From a virus (taxonomy: Duplodnaviria; Caudoviricetes), in the IMG/VR virus record IMGVR_UViG_3300008107_006173: a stretch of 64,000 bases of DNA, one strand, 5' to 3'. The position numbers and the translations under genes are program-made. Below, piece by piece: positions 34,652 through 45,120 of this stretch (its first letter is position 1; the number at the start of each line of letters is the position of its first letter). The notes below the pieces were generated by a model. That model worked only from the letters and a program-made list of their open reading frames with translations, ran no database searches and was not told the origin of the DNA.

Positions 34652-35239
34652 ATGAAAATGACCTCTAGTCTTCTTAGTTATCCCGTTTTTCCTGATTGGG
34701 TATTTGAGGGGGAATTACAAATAGATGATAATGTAGCTGATGCAATATTAAAAGAAGTTCAAGCCAGCAGAACATCACAGTATTTTCACAACGCAAACTT
34801 TGGTTGGATCACTAATAAAAATATTACCTTAGGAAAAAACATCGCCAAGTTAAATTCTCTAATTGGTAATATGTTTGTGGAAAATGCTGCTTCTCATTTT
34901 AGAATTAAAAAAGAAGATTGGACAGATATTGAAATTTGCGAGACTTGGACCATGGGTATTAAACCAGGACATAATTTCCCGCAATCAGTACATAGACATC
35001 GCTGGTACCATTCTGTGCTTTTTCTAAAAGCAGAAGAAAACAGTACTAGTTTGTATCTCGATCAATACGGGCCTAAACTATATGCTTGCCCGCCCCGAAT
35101 TCAAAGCAGTGAACATTTTGTTGCAGCAAAGACAAATAAGATTGTTTATTTTCCTGCCCACATACCTTGGGGTATAACATCAAACTCATCCGACCAAGAC
35201 TGCATTATTTGTTGCAATAGTTTTGTGATAAAACAATAA
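34652..35239 (+). CDS. Putative 2OG-Fe(II) oxygenase (TIGR02466-like)
   Basis: ETW..IKPGHNFPQSVH, SVLFL, VYFPAHIPW; the distal His position appears to be Trp; start uncertain (34610 or 34652). Confidence 0.55.
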   Translation: MKMTSSLLSYPVFPDWVFEGELQIDDNVADAILKEVQASRTSQYFHNANFGWITNKNITLGKNIAKLNSLIGNMFVENAASHFRIKKEDWTDIEICETWTMGIKPGHNFPQSVHRHRWYHSVLFLKAEENSTSLYLDQYGPKLYACPPRIQSSEHFVAAKTNKIVYFPAHIPWGITSNSSDQDCIICCNSFVIKQ

Positions 35240-35267
35240 AAAGAAAGGGGCCTTTTGACCCCTTTCT
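35237..35267 (-). terminator. Intrinsic terminator between convergent genes
   Basis: agaaagggg/cccctttct stem with T-run on the minus strand. Confidence 0.7.
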
Positions 35268-35289
35268 AAACTCCCCATCCCGAGAAGTG

Positions 35290-38200
35290 TTATACTACGT
35301 ACTTGTAGTGTACAGTTGCTACTAAGCTACCGCCTGTTACAACAGAAGCTGTTGTACCATCGCTTTGCTTGAACTGTACTACAACACCTGCATTCTTTGT
35401 AAGTGTTGTATCACCATCTAGTTCAATAATATATGTACCTGCTGTACCTGCATCAGCATCGTCAGCTGCAACTAGTGTTGTACCGCTACCACCATTTTCC
35501 TTAACTAGGATATGGTTGAAGCTACCACCACTGAATGCTGTACCTACCTTGATTACAACCTTGTCAACATAGTATGTACGGTTGCTTACATTTGGTACTG
35601 TACCAACTGTGAAGCTGCTTGCGCTGCTGTTAGCAGTGAATGTACCACGAAGTAGTAAACCATCACCGCCGTTGTTAGTAACATAATCAACTACCGCTGC
35701 TGAAGTTGGAATTGTTGTATCATTGTCGTTGTTAGCAATGCCATCAGCTTCGTTAACAAACTTGGTAATTGAAATGCTGTTGCCAGTATCTGTTAGTGTA
35801 CCAAATGCAACATCACCTGTTACAGCAAGGTTACCGCTGATTGAACCACTGGCTGCTGTTAGATCACCTAGTGTTAAGTCTTCTGTACCCAGGCTCCATG
35901 TATTAGAAGGTGTATAAACAATCTGCTTCATGCTGCCACCAACGTTGGCTTCAAAGCCTACGTTAGCACCAGTTGTACCGTTGCTGTTTACACGGAAGAT
36001 TGCATCAGCAGTCTGAACAGTTGTTGAATCAACAATTGTTTGTGTACCTTGAACGGTTAAGTTACCAGTAATAATTGCATCACCATTAACATTAACTGTA
36101 GCGGCTGTAATATCATTTGACAGCAATGAGCCTGTGATAGCTAAGTTGTTTGTAACAGTTAGGTTGTTACCAATTGTAACGTTAGCTGGTAAGCCAACGG
36201 TTATTGTTTGACCACTTACGCTGGTTTCAACTTCATTAGCTGTACCAGCAACGGTTAATGTTTGACTGTCTAGGTCAACACTAGCTGTACCGGTGTCACC
36301 AGCAATGTCTAAGTTAGTTGCGCCTAGTTGTGCATCAACATAACTCTTAACTGCGGCTGTTGTTGCGACTGAGGTGTTGTTTGGTGTAGCAAATGCACCG
36401 TCTGTTGACCAATCTGTGATTGTCACAGCACCGTCGTTTAAGCCACCAAATGCAACGTTACCGCTGAAGTTACCATTAACTGCGCCAGTTAGCGACCCAC
36501 CTGATAATGTAGCTGTGCCATCTTTTAGCGCACCTGCTTGTACATTACCACTGAATGTGCCATGAACTGCACTTGTGATATTGCCATCAGTAATTGTTAG
36601 TACACCGTCAGTGAATGAATCAGCTGTCATTGAACCGTTGATTGAAACATTAGGTGTTAGCGCAAATGTAACGCTGTTGTTTGCAATGGTTGTTTGAATT
36701 TGGTTTGTAGTACCAGCAAAGTCTAGTACCTCGCCTACATTAACTGTATCGTTAGCACCAACGTCACCACTGATATCAAAGCTGGTTGAAATTGTTACAT
36801 TACTTGCGGCTGTTAGTCGACCTTGTGCATCAACAGTAATTTGTGGAATTTGTGTTGCACTACCAAATACACCGGCAGTTACCGTTGTGTTATCTAGATC
36901 AACTGTTACGCTGTTATTAGCAATGGTTGTTGTTAAACCAACACCACCAGCAACAGTTAGTGTTTCACCACCGTTAACGGTATCTGTACCACCAACATCG
37001 CCCGCAATATTGAAGTTTGTTGCTACAGCAATGTTACTAGCAGCAGTAATACGACCCTGTGCATCTACAGTAAACTGTGGAATATCTGTTGAACTACCAT
37101 ATACACCTGCTGTTACAGCGGTATTATCTAAGTTAACTGTTACAGTATTAGCTGTTACTGCTGATGTTAGACCAACACCACCTGCAACAGTTAGTGTTTC
37201 AGTTAGCAAGTTAATGCCATCTGTACCACTATCACCTGCAATGTTTAATGTTGTTGCAATATTAGCATTACTTGCGGCAGTTAAACGACCTTGTGCATCA
37301 ACTGTGATGATTGGAATCTGTGATGTACTACCGTAAACACCTGCTGTTACCGCAGTATTGTCTAGATCAACTGTTACTGCATTGGCTGTAATTGTTGATG
37401 TTAAACCAACACCACCTAGTACGCTTAATGTTTCACCACCATCAATTCTTGTTGCACTACCTGTATCACCTGCTAGATCAAAGAATGTTGAAATTGCAAT
37501 GTTGCTGGCTGCTGTAACACGGCCTTTTGAGTCAACTGTGAATTGTGGAATATGAGTTGCATCACCATATACACCAGCAGTTACCGCAGTATTAGCTAGT
37601 GTTAGGGATAGGTCAACGTTGGCGTTACCTTGGTAAGCTACTGCACTAGCAGTTGCATCGCCTGATGCGCTAAAATAAGTTGTTGTGCTTAGGAATGCAG
37701 CACCACCTGAGACATTACCAAAGATTGTATCTACTTCAACGTTAGCTAGAGTAAATGTAGCATTGGCTGTATCAATGTATACACATGCATCTGGTTCTGG
37801 AACATACTTGTGGAAGAACTTAAAGCGGCCGTCACTTGCATCGCGGAACAAACCAGCGTGAGCATATGTGCCATCATTATAGTTACCAACAAAGCCTAGA
37901 TCTGGGTTAGCAACATTACTGTTAGCATTCAAGTAGATCATGTTATCATCTACTTCAAGTGTTGTTACATTAAGTGTTACAACATTACCGCCAACGGTTA
38001 AGTTACCATCAATTTGTAAATCACCATCAGCAGTGATACTACCATTAGCATGTAGGTTACCGCTGATGATCGGATTGTTTACTAGGCCAACTGTAACTGT
38101 ATTATTTGTTACAGCGGTTTCAATTTCGTTTGCTGTACCGCTAACAGTTAATGTTTCACCAACATTAAATGTGTCTGTACCGGTATCACCTGCAATATCA

Positions 38201-39411
38201 AAGCTAGTTGAAATGCTTACATTGCTTGCGCTTGTAACACGACCTTGTGCATCAACAGTAATTTGTGGAATCTGTGAAGTGCTACCATATACACCTGCTG
38301 TTACAGCGGTATTATCTAAGTCAACTGTGATACTGTTGTTAGCAATGGTTGTTGTTAAACCAACACCACCGGAAACGGTAAGTGTTTCACCGCCATTAAC
38401 TGTATCGTTAGTACCAACATCACCTGCAATACCAAAACTTGTTGAAATAGTAATGTTACTTGCTGCTGTAATACGACCTTGTGCATCAACAGTAAATTGT
38501 GGAATTTCTGATGTACTGCCATATACGCCTGCTGTTACCGCAGTATTGTCTAGGTTAACAGTTACAGTATTAGCTGTTACTGCTGATGTTAAACCTACAC
38601 CACCAAGTACATTTAATGTATCAGTTAGTAGATCAATTCCATCTGTACCACTGTCACCTGCAACATTTAATGTTGTTGCAATTGAAATGTTACTTGCTGC
38701 TGTAATGCGACCCTTTGAGTCAACTGTAAACTGTGGAATATTTGTTGCGCTGCCATATGTACCTGCTGTAACTGCTGTATTAGCTAGTGTTAGCGATAGG
38801 TCAACGTTGGCATTGCCTTGATATGCAACTGCTGATGCACTAGCATCGCCTGAAGCACTGAAATAAGTTGTTGTGGTTAGGAATGCAGCACCACCGGTGA
38901 TGTTACCAATAAATCCTGAAGTTGCTTCAATCCAAGTACCTGTAACATTAGCTGCGCTAGATGCGCCAATAACTGTACCGTTAATTGCGCCGCCTGTGAT
39001 TGCAACATTGTTGGCTGCTTGAGTAGCAAGGTTACCAAGTCCTAGGTTAATTCGTGCATTAGCTGCATCGCCTGCACCAGTACCACCGTTAGTAAGTGGG
39101 AGAATACCACTAACGAAACTGGTATTAGCTAGGTCAATATTGCCAACGGATGCAACGCCACCGGTCCATTTTTGGACGCCTGTTGAGCTGCTAAAGTCCT
39201 GTCCAGTACCACCATAAGCAGCACCAATAATACTACCGTTCCAAGTACCAGAAGTAAGAGTACCAACTCTTAAATCTTCTAGTGTTGTACCGTCGGATTG
39301 TGTTAGATCAAACCTACCGTTCGCGCTGTCGTATTTTAAGCGTCCACCGCTCTTGCCCATTTGGACATCTGCTGCCAAACCCTTGATACCAAAATTCTTA
39401 ATATCAGCCAT
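35290..39411 (-). CDS. Long repeat-rich virion fibre/tail-associated protein, 1373 aa
   Basis: Seven copies of a TAG(V/T)(Y/F)G..IP..TVD..GR(I/V/L)T module; G/T/N/A-rich; GATAAATA at 39457-39464. Confidence 0.75.
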   Translation of the reverse strand: MADIKNFGIKGLAADVQMGKSGGRLKYDSANGRFDLTQSDGTTLEDLRVGTLTSGTWNGSIIGAAYGGTGQDFSSSTGVQKWTGGVASVGNIDLANTSFVSGILPLTNGGTGAGDAANARINLGLGNLATQAANNVAITGGAINGTVIGASSAANVTGTWIEATSGFIGNITGGAAFLTTTTYFSASGDASASAVAYQGNANVDLSLTLANTAVTAGTYGSATNIPQFTVDSKGRITAASNISIATTLNVAGDSGTDGIDLLTDTLNVLGGVGLTSAVTANTVTVNLDNTAVTAGVYGSTSEIPQFTVDAQGRITAASNITISTSFGIAGDVGTNDTVNGGETLTVSGGVGLTTTIANNSITVDLDNTAVTAGVYGSTSQIPQITVDAQGRVTSASNVSISTSFDIAGDTGTDTFNVGETLTVSGTANEIETAVTNNTVTVGLVNNPIISGNLHANGSITADGDLQIDGNLTVGGNVVTLNVTTLEVDDNMIYLNANSNVANPDLGFVGNYNDGTYAHAGLFRDASDGRFKFFHKYVPEPDACVYIDTANATFTLANVEVDTIFGNVSGGAAFLSTTTYFSASGDATASAVAYQGNANVDLSLTLANTAVTAGVYGDATHIPQFTVDSKGRVTAASNIAISTFFDLAGDTGSATRIDGGETLSVLGGVGLTSTITANAVTVDLDNTAVTAGVYGSTSQIPIITVDAQGRLTAASNANIATTLNIAGDSGTDGINLLTETLTVAGGVGLTSAVTANTVTVNLDNTAVTAGVYGSSTDIPQFTVDAQGRITAASNIAVATNFNIAGDVGGTDTVNGGETLTVAGGVGLTTTIANNSVTVDLDNTTVTAGVFGSATQIPQITVDAQGRLTAASNVTISTSFDISGDVGANDTVNVGEVLDFAGTTNQIQTTIANNSVTFALTPNVSINGSMTADSFTDGVLTITDGNITSAVHGTFSGNVQAGALKDGTATLSGGSLTGAVNGNFSGNVAFGGLNDGAVTITDWSTDGAFATPNNTSVATTAAVKSYVDAQLGATNLDIAGDTGTASVDLDSQTLTVAGTANEVETSVSGQTITVGLPANVTIGNNLTVTNNLAITGSLLSNDITAATVNVNGDAIITGNLTVQGTQTIVDSTTVQTADAIFRVNSNGTTGANVGFEANVGGSMKQIVYTPSNTWSLGTEDLTLGDLTAASGSISGNLAVTGDVAFGTLTDTGNSISITKFVNEADGIANNDNDTTIPTSAAVVDYVTNNGGDGLLLRGTFTANSSASSFTVGTVPNVSNRTYYVDKVVIKVGTAFSGGSFNHILVKENGGSGTTLVAADDADAGTAGTYIIELDGDTTLTKNAGVVVQFKQSDGTTASVVTGGSLVATVHYKYVV
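37094..38321. repeat. 40-bp exact direct repeat within the fibre gene (37094-37133, 38282-38321)
   Basis: ctaccatatacacctgctgttacagcggtattatctaagt occurs twice. Confidence 0.85.
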
Positions 39412-39456
39412 TTTCAGACTCTCCCAGACTTGTTATTGAATAGCTATTGCTTTGTT

Positions 39457-39464
39457 TATTTATC
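39457..39464 (-). promoter_or_regulatory. Late promoter motif GATAAATA
   Basis: Intergenic, upstream of the 1373-aa gene. Confidence 0.6.
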
Positions 39465-39469
39465 AATCT

Positions 39470-41500
39470 TTAGACATAGGTTAGCTTTACGGTCACGTTG
39501 CCTGCTGATGCTTGATAGTGATTGCAACGCACTCTAATTTGTAAATCTTGGCTGTTTGAAGCGGGGTAAACATATTCTGGATTTGAATAAAATTCGGTAG
39601 TTTCTGTCAAATCGTTTGCGTCTGAAGCTACAAATAGCGCAGGTTGACCTAGTACGCCAACTTCGATGTTAGGTATAATGTTGCCTGAATAACCGCTAAA
39701 TGCTGTATGAACTTCGAAACTTACGCTGGTAATTTTACGTCCTGGACTAATATTACCCAATGTATTTGTAGTACTATTACCAAAACCCACTGCTGGCATA
39801 GTAAATGTTGTGGTCATTGTTTTAGCATCAGTGGTAGCACTATCTGCGTTAGCTACCTGTACCCAAGCACTACCGTTATAAACATATAAGCCCCATTCAC
39901 CTGTGCCTGCATTTAGAACATATGCTTGATCACCTGTTTGTGGGGTCAACGCATCTCTAGCAGCAATATTTGCTACCACAGTAGTTCCGGCACTTCTTAG
40001 GCCACGCTCAATGTTCATAGCCAACGGATACATTCCGTTGTGACCACTGGCTACACCTGTGCCTACACGGAAAAATTCTGTGCCTTCGTAGATTAAAATT
40101 TCGCCGCCATCGGATCTAGCCAGCACTAATTTTCTTGCACCTGTTGCGCTAGTTGAAGCAGGTAGTCCTGAAACATTACCAGCACCAACAAAACCATAGC
40201 CGTTAGTATCTGCATTACCGTTAGTGATAGTAATCGCATTACCGTTTGCTTCAGACAATGTTAAAATTGTTGATGTTGATGTAGCGGTCAAATTTGCTAT
40301 ATTGGCTGCATTAATATCAGCGGCCATATCAACTGGAATGCCCACTGACAATCCATAAGCAGCTTGGCCTCCTGTATCAGTGGTAAAGTTAATTAGAGTA
40401 TTTCCGCTACCACTGCTTATGTACGCACTAAAGGGAACAAATCCACCAACTAGGCCATAGATTGTATTGCCCGCATCACTGGAAATAACAGTTGGTGTTG
40501 GTACACTGGAAGCAGTTACATAATGATTACTGGTGTTTGAGTTTATGGTTGATACCATTTGATTAAGATTAGCATTAGCACCGCCGGTGCCTGCAAATGT
40601 AACAATGGTTCCGTTCAATGCAATTTGATGACCATCAGGGACTGTTGGATTATTAACTGTGCCTACTATTTCTGTAGCAATAGCATCTTGTATCTTTAAG
40701 AAAACAATTTTACCTGTAGTGTCACTGGCAGTTAGATCACCATCGGTATCTAAATAAATGTAATCACCTTGCGTACCTGGAATGCTAGGCTCAAAGTCAA
40801 TGATACGATTGTTAGGCGATATCATAAAGAAGTTTGGTCCTGGACCTGTTTCAATAACAGTACCAATCATCTTATCCATAGTAATAGTATTAGCTACAGA
40901 AAAACCATTTGCTGTTACAGCAATAACATCACCTTTGCTGAACCCGTGACTGTCTTGTTCAAGTACATAGTTTAGCAGAGGATTTAAATATTGAAACCTA
41001 CTCATTACAGTAGGATAAAAGTCTGTACTTACTGTACCTGGTAATGGATCAAGTAATGGCAATCCATTTTCATTTAGACTAAAAACTACTGCTGAGCCTG
41101 TGTTAAAAATACCGTTACCAGTAGCACTCTTAAAAGTATTATAGCGCAACCAATCTTCAACAACACAAGTAACTGTGTTTGCAGTCTTTGATGTAATGCT
41201 TACAATTTTAAGACACTGGCCGCTGGTTGCGCCTGCGATCCAGTCACCTACAACAATATCTAAACCATTGTAAGTAAAATCATCTCGAGTTAAGTGGCTA
41301 CCATGTGTTTGTGCTGTTACGCTAAAAGTAACAGTCCATCGGTAATATTTTTTTGTACCTACGCCCGAATACCATAGGTCGCCTGCGCCATTTGCATAAT
41401 CCCAATAGCTTTCGCCTGCAAGACTGGATACAGAGACAGGCAGAACTTTGTTAGGAATGTTTAATCTAATCTGGCTAGATTTGTAATTAATTAACGCCAT
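39470..41500 (-). CDS. Probable virion structural protein, 676 aa
   Basis: In the late block, G/T/S-rich. Confidence 0.65.
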   Translation of the reverse strand: MALINYKSSQIRLNIPNKVLPVSVSSLAGESYWDYANGAGDLWYSGVGTKKYYRWTVTFSVTAQTHGSHLTRDDFTYNGLDIVVGDWIAGATSGQCLKIVSITSKTANTVTCVVEDWLRYNTFKSATGNGIFNTGSAVVFSLNENGLPLLDPLPGTVSTDFYPTVMSRFQYLNPLLNYVLEQDSHGFSKGDVIAVTANGFSVANTITMDKMIGTVIETGPGPNFFMISPNNRIIDFEPSIPGTQGDYIYLDTDGDLTASDTTGKIVFLKIQDAIATEIVGTVNNPTVPDGHQIALNGTIVTFAGTGGANANLNQMVSTINSNTSNHYVTASSVPTPTVISSDAGNTIYGLVGGFVPFSAYISSGSGNTLINFTTDTGGQAAYGLSVGIPVDMAADINAANIANLTATSTSTILTLSEANGNAITITNGNADTNGYGFVGAGNVSGLPASTSATGARKLVLARSDGGEILIYEGTEFFRVGTGVASGHNGMYPLAMNIERGLRSAGTTVVANIAARDALTPQTGDQAYVLNAGTGEWGLYVYNGSAWVQVANADSATTDAKTMTTTFTMPAVGFGNSTTNTLGNISPGRKITSVSFEVHTAFSGYSGNIIPNIEVGVLGQPALFVASDANDLTETTEFYSNPEYVYPASNSQDLQIRVRCNHYQASAGNVTVKLTYV

Positions 41501-41508
41501 GTTAATCC

Positions 41509-44500
41509 TTAATCATACATCACAAACTGGATCCATGCATGGGTAGTAGTACCAAATGCACGACTGGCTCCTGTTTCAGCTTCTCTAAGTTTTAGTTTTA
41601 CAACGGTATTGCTGGTCGCACCATCAAACGCTGTGGGAGATCCTGCCGAACCACCACCTGGAATTTCTCTTTGACCCATTGTAGTTTCTAAATGCGATAT
41701 TAGATATTTGTTATTGGTTCTGTCGTAACCATAAAGCATAATTGAACCGGGTGGGTAATAGTAGCCTGTGAAGTTAATAGTACATTCACCACCGCTGGCG
41801 CTGTCAATTGTAACGGAACTTATACCAGATGATAAGTTGTCAGTATTAGCTAGTGTACCAGTTGTGCTATAATTTAACTTAAATCGTTGGATGGTAGCAC
41901 CACCCCCGCCGCCGCCACCGCTTACCGAAACGTTGCTGACACTGGTTACACGACCATAGGTGTCAACAGTAATTTGTGGAATTAATGTTGCACTACCATA
42001 AGTCTTAGCGCCGGTGCTAACAACACCGCTGGTTAACGCTATGTTATCTGCGTTTACAGTAATACCTGCACCCGCACCAACATTGAGTGTAACTGTACCG
42101 CTAGCACCGCCATCAATTAAACCGTTGCCTGCTGTTACGCCTTCAATATCTCCGGCACCACCTGCGCTAATTGTAATATTGCTTACGCCGGTGATTCTAC
42201 CATAAGTGTCAACAGTAAACTGTGGCATTGTGGTAGCATTACCATAAGTGCCTGCTGTTACACCACTTGTACCTAAACTTAATGTGACAGCACCGCTGGC
42301 ACCACCGCCGCTCAATCCTGTGCCTGCTGTAACACCAGTAATATCACCGGTACCATCAGCACCACGAACATTACCTGCATCAATTGTTGCAGCATTGCTT
42401 AGTGTAATTATTAAATTACCGCTACCGTTAACTGTGGCAGTTGAAATATCCACACCGTTAATACCAGCATTACCCTGCGGACCTCGAATGTTACCAACGT
42501 CTTGGGTTGATGTATTACTGTAGTTAAGAACTAGGTTACTGCTTACTAGACTTACACTGGTAATGCCTACTCCGGCGTTACCTTGATCACCTTGCGGACC
42601 TTTAACATTACCAGCATTAATATATGTGCCGTTTACAAGTCCAATAATTAGATTGTTATTGCCTGCTACAGTAGCATTAGCAATACCAGCATTACCGTCA
42701 CCTGCTAGACCTTGTATACCTTGTGGACCACGAACATTACCAGCATCAATAGTTGATGTGTTACTTAGAGTAATGATTAAATTATTTGTTGAGATAGATG
42801 CATTGCTTACAAACACACCATCAGTGCCACGAACATTGCCTACATCAACTGTTGCGGCATTGCTTAGAGTTAGAATTAAATTACCGTTAGCAACTACAGA
42901 ACCTGATGATACACTTACGCCAGTATTACCTTGAATACCTTGTTGACCGATTACATTTGATAAGTTAACATTTGAACCGTCATATAACAAGTATGTATTT
43001 GAAGCCAGGCTCATTGACGGTCTATTCGCTAGACTTGAGTGGTTACCTGTAAATGCCACAGTGGCCAATGTTGAGTTGCTGTTGTTTAGAGCGTTAGCAA
43101 TTTCAGCTAATGTATCAAGTGCTGATGGTGCACCAGCAGTAAGGTTATTAATTTGTGTGGTTACATATGATTGTGTTGCATAGTTATTAACAGTTAGATA
43201 CGACGCAACATTTGAGTTACCATAGTTACCTGCTGCATTTGCTAGACCTGCATCAACATAAGCCTTCATGTTTGTGTTGGCCGTGTTGACATAGGTCTGG
43301 GTGGCGTAACTGTTTGCTGTTAGATATGCTGCAACATTTGAGTCGCTGTAATTGCCAGCAACATTACCTAATGCAGATGTTAGGTTAACTGAACTGTTAC
43401 TGCCACTAATTGTGATAATATTGCCGTTTAGACTCAATGTTTGAGCATCGGTATCTGAATCTTTTAGTACGCTTAGGTTAACTGAATTGCCGCTGCTGAT
43501 TGAAAGCACATAGGTTGAAGCATTCCAACTTAGGCTTTGTGTAACTGCTGAAATGTTAGCAGGTGTGAATGAAAACACACCAGTTGTATTGTTATATGTT
43601 AGAGCACCGTTACCACTTGGTGCAGCAGTAGACACGCTGAAGTCAGTTAAACTTAGGTTACTGTTACCTGCACCACCTCCAGCGGCCATGTTACCTGCTT
43701 CAAACTTGCTGGTACTGCTGTTCCAAATTAGTACTTGACCGTTTGTGATACCTGAGGCATCAACATCGTTTAGATCAGCTAGATTAATAGTTCCTGTGTC
43801 TGAAGAGAAAGTAATAGTATCAGCATTTGCTGTTGTAGTAATTGTAATACCAGAACCAGCAACAAGAGTCAGTGTGTCTTCGGCACGGTCAGCACTAACT
43901 GTGGTTTGGCCAGCTACAAGGATGTTTGCAAAACCTAGGGATGATCCATTGCCTCCTGCGCCTGCACCAGATACTGCCACAGTATCGACGTTTTGAATTC
44001 TACCATAAGTGTCAACTGTAATTCTTGGAATAAGTGTAGCATTACCGTATGTGCCTGATGTTACACCAGTAGCAACAAGATTTAGTGTTGCATTTGAGTT
44101 ATTGCCTGTGCCACCTGTAACACTAATTTGACCTGCTGTGCCGTTAACATTACCAACAAATGAATTGGTAATTGTTGTAGCTTGGGTTGCTGTTACTAGT
44201 GTTGGTGTTACACTTGTGATTTGGCCTTTGCTGTTTACAGTGATGACAGGAATATAACTGGTATTGCCCCATGTACCCGATACATTGGCGATATCAGTAA
44301 TGTATACACCGTTTGTGTTTGATGTTAAGCCGCCACTTGCACCAGCAACTACATTAAGTGTTAGCGCACTTTTGCTAATACCATTGCCTGCGCTGTAAAC
44401 GTCAACTGTACCCGGGCGCCATTTACCTGCTGCTGAACTATAAATTAATGCTTGTCCACCACTGGGCAAGTAAGCACCACTGGTTTGAACATCATTTAAA

Positions 44501-44622
44501 TCATCAAGTTCTGCTGAAGCAAAGGAAATTCCAGTTTCGTTAGCATTAACGCGAAGAAATGTTAACGCCTTGCCGGAATAATCAGAGGGGGTATCGTTTA
44601 ACTCAATTAATGTATTAGCCAT
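41509..44622 (-). CDS. Tail-fibre-like protein with short collagen-like triplets, 1037 aa
   Basis: GPQGIQG, GPQGDQG, GPQGNAG; four YG/WG..IP.ITVD..GR-type modules. Confidence 0.7.
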   Translation of the reverse strand: MANTLIELNDTPSDYSGKALTFLRVNANETGISFASAELDDLNDVQTSGAYLPSGGQALIYSSAAGKWRPGTVDVYSAGNGISKSALTLNVVAGASGGLTSNTNGVYITDIANVSGTWGNTSYIPVITVNSKGQITSVTPTLVTATQATTITNSFVGNVNGTAGQISVTGGTGNNSNATLNLVATGVTSGTYGNATLIPRITVDTYGRIQNVDTVAVSGAGAGGNGSSLGFANILVAGQTTVSADRAEDTLTLVAGSGITITTTANADTITFSSDTGTINLADLNDVDASGITNGQVLIWNSSTSKFEAGNMAAGGGAGNSNLSLTDFSVSTAAPSGNGALTYNNTTGVFSFTPANISAVTQSLSWNASTYVLSISSGNSVNLSVLKDSDTDAQTLSLNGNIITISGSNSSVNLTSALGNVAGNYSDSNVAAYLTANSYATQTYVNTANTNMKAYVDAGLANAAGNYGNSNVASYLTVNNYATQSYVTTQINNLTAGAPSALDTLAEIANALNNSNSTLATVAFTGNHSSLANRPSMSLASNTYLLYDGSNVNLSNVIGQQGIQGNTGVSVSSGSVVANGNLILTLSNAATVDVGNVRGTDGVFVSNASISTNNLIITLSNTSTIDAGNVRGPQGIQGLAGDGNAGIANATVAGNNNLIIGLVNGTYINAGNVKGPQGDQGNAGVGITSVSLVSSNLVLNYSNTSTQDVGNIRGPQGNAGINGVDISTATVNGSGNLIITLSNAATIDAGNVRGADGTGDITGVTAGTGLSGGGASGAVTLSLGTSGVTAGTYGNATTMPQFTVDTYGRITGVSNITISAGGAGDIEGVTAGNGLIDGGASGTVTLNVGAGAGITVNADNIALTSGVVSTGAKTYGSATLIPQITVDTYGRVTSVSNVSVSGGGGGGGATIQRFKLNYSTTGTLANTDNLSSGISSVTIDSASGGECTINFTGYYYPPGSIMLYGYDRTNNKYLISHLETTMGQREIPGGGSAGSPTAFDGATSNTVVKLKLREAETGASRAFGTTTHAWIQFVMYD

Positions 44623-44665
44623 CGTTGTTCCTACCAGCAGTGATATCTAAGCTGTTATTAACAAC

Positions 44666-44673
44666 TATTTATC
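44666..44673 (-). promoter_or_regulatory. Late promoter motif GATAAATA
   Basis: Intergenic, upstream of the 1037-aa gene. Confidence 0.6.
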
Positions 44674-44676
44674 ACT

Positions 44677-45090
44677 TTAGCTTGATAGGATAACTCTGCT
44701 AATTTGTCCGTAGGAAGGATCGTATGTGGTGCCGTCACCCACATGTTCACGGTCCATATACACTCTAATAAATGTAAAGTTTCCGCTAAAACTATAGGCT
44801 TCACTGCCTGCTGCGGGATCGTTTGCGTTGAACTGAACGAATCCGGCTTCATTAAAAGAAGTGCCTAGTGTGTTCGATGGTACAACATCAAACCAATCAC
44901 TTGCTGTTGGATCTAGCGACAGGGTAGCCTGAAGTCTTAAACGGCCTACAAATTGATTGTAGATAACTTGAATAGTATGAAAACCATCGGTATAGCCGTA
45001 ATAACTATCACCTTTTACTACGGTGGAGTATTTGTTCATTTCGGTGCCTGTGGCACTCAAAATAGTTACACTTCGACGGTTGATGCTCAT
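44677..45090 (-). CDS. Probable small virion protein, 137 aa
   Basis: GATAAATA at 45115-45122 and SD upstream. Confidence 0.65.
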   Translation of the reverse strand: MSINRRSVTILSATGTEMNKYSTVVKGDSYYGYTDGFHTIQVIYNQFVGRLRLQATLSLDPTASDWFDVVPSNTLGTSFNEAGFVQFNANDPAAGSEAYSFSGNFTFIRVYMDREHVGDGTTYDPSYGQISRVILSS

Positions 45091-45120
45091 TTAAAATCCC
45101 CTAGTCCTTTTAAGTATTTA

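Noticed and set aside
36374-38821. Several plus-strand ORFs up to 293 aa inside the 1373-aa gene
   Set aside because: Antisense shadows of a repetitive gene with biased codons; no SD or promoter, and they mirror the sense repeats.
35290-44622. Repeats as a possible CRISPR array or DGR template/variable repeat
   Set aside because: The repeats are in-frame coding units without unique spacers or adenine-specific mismatches, and no reverse transcriptase or cas gene is present.
44639-44676. Imperfect hairpin overlapping the late promoter of the 1037-aa gene
   Set aside because: The SD lies outside the stem, so it does not fit the RBS-occlusion pattern.
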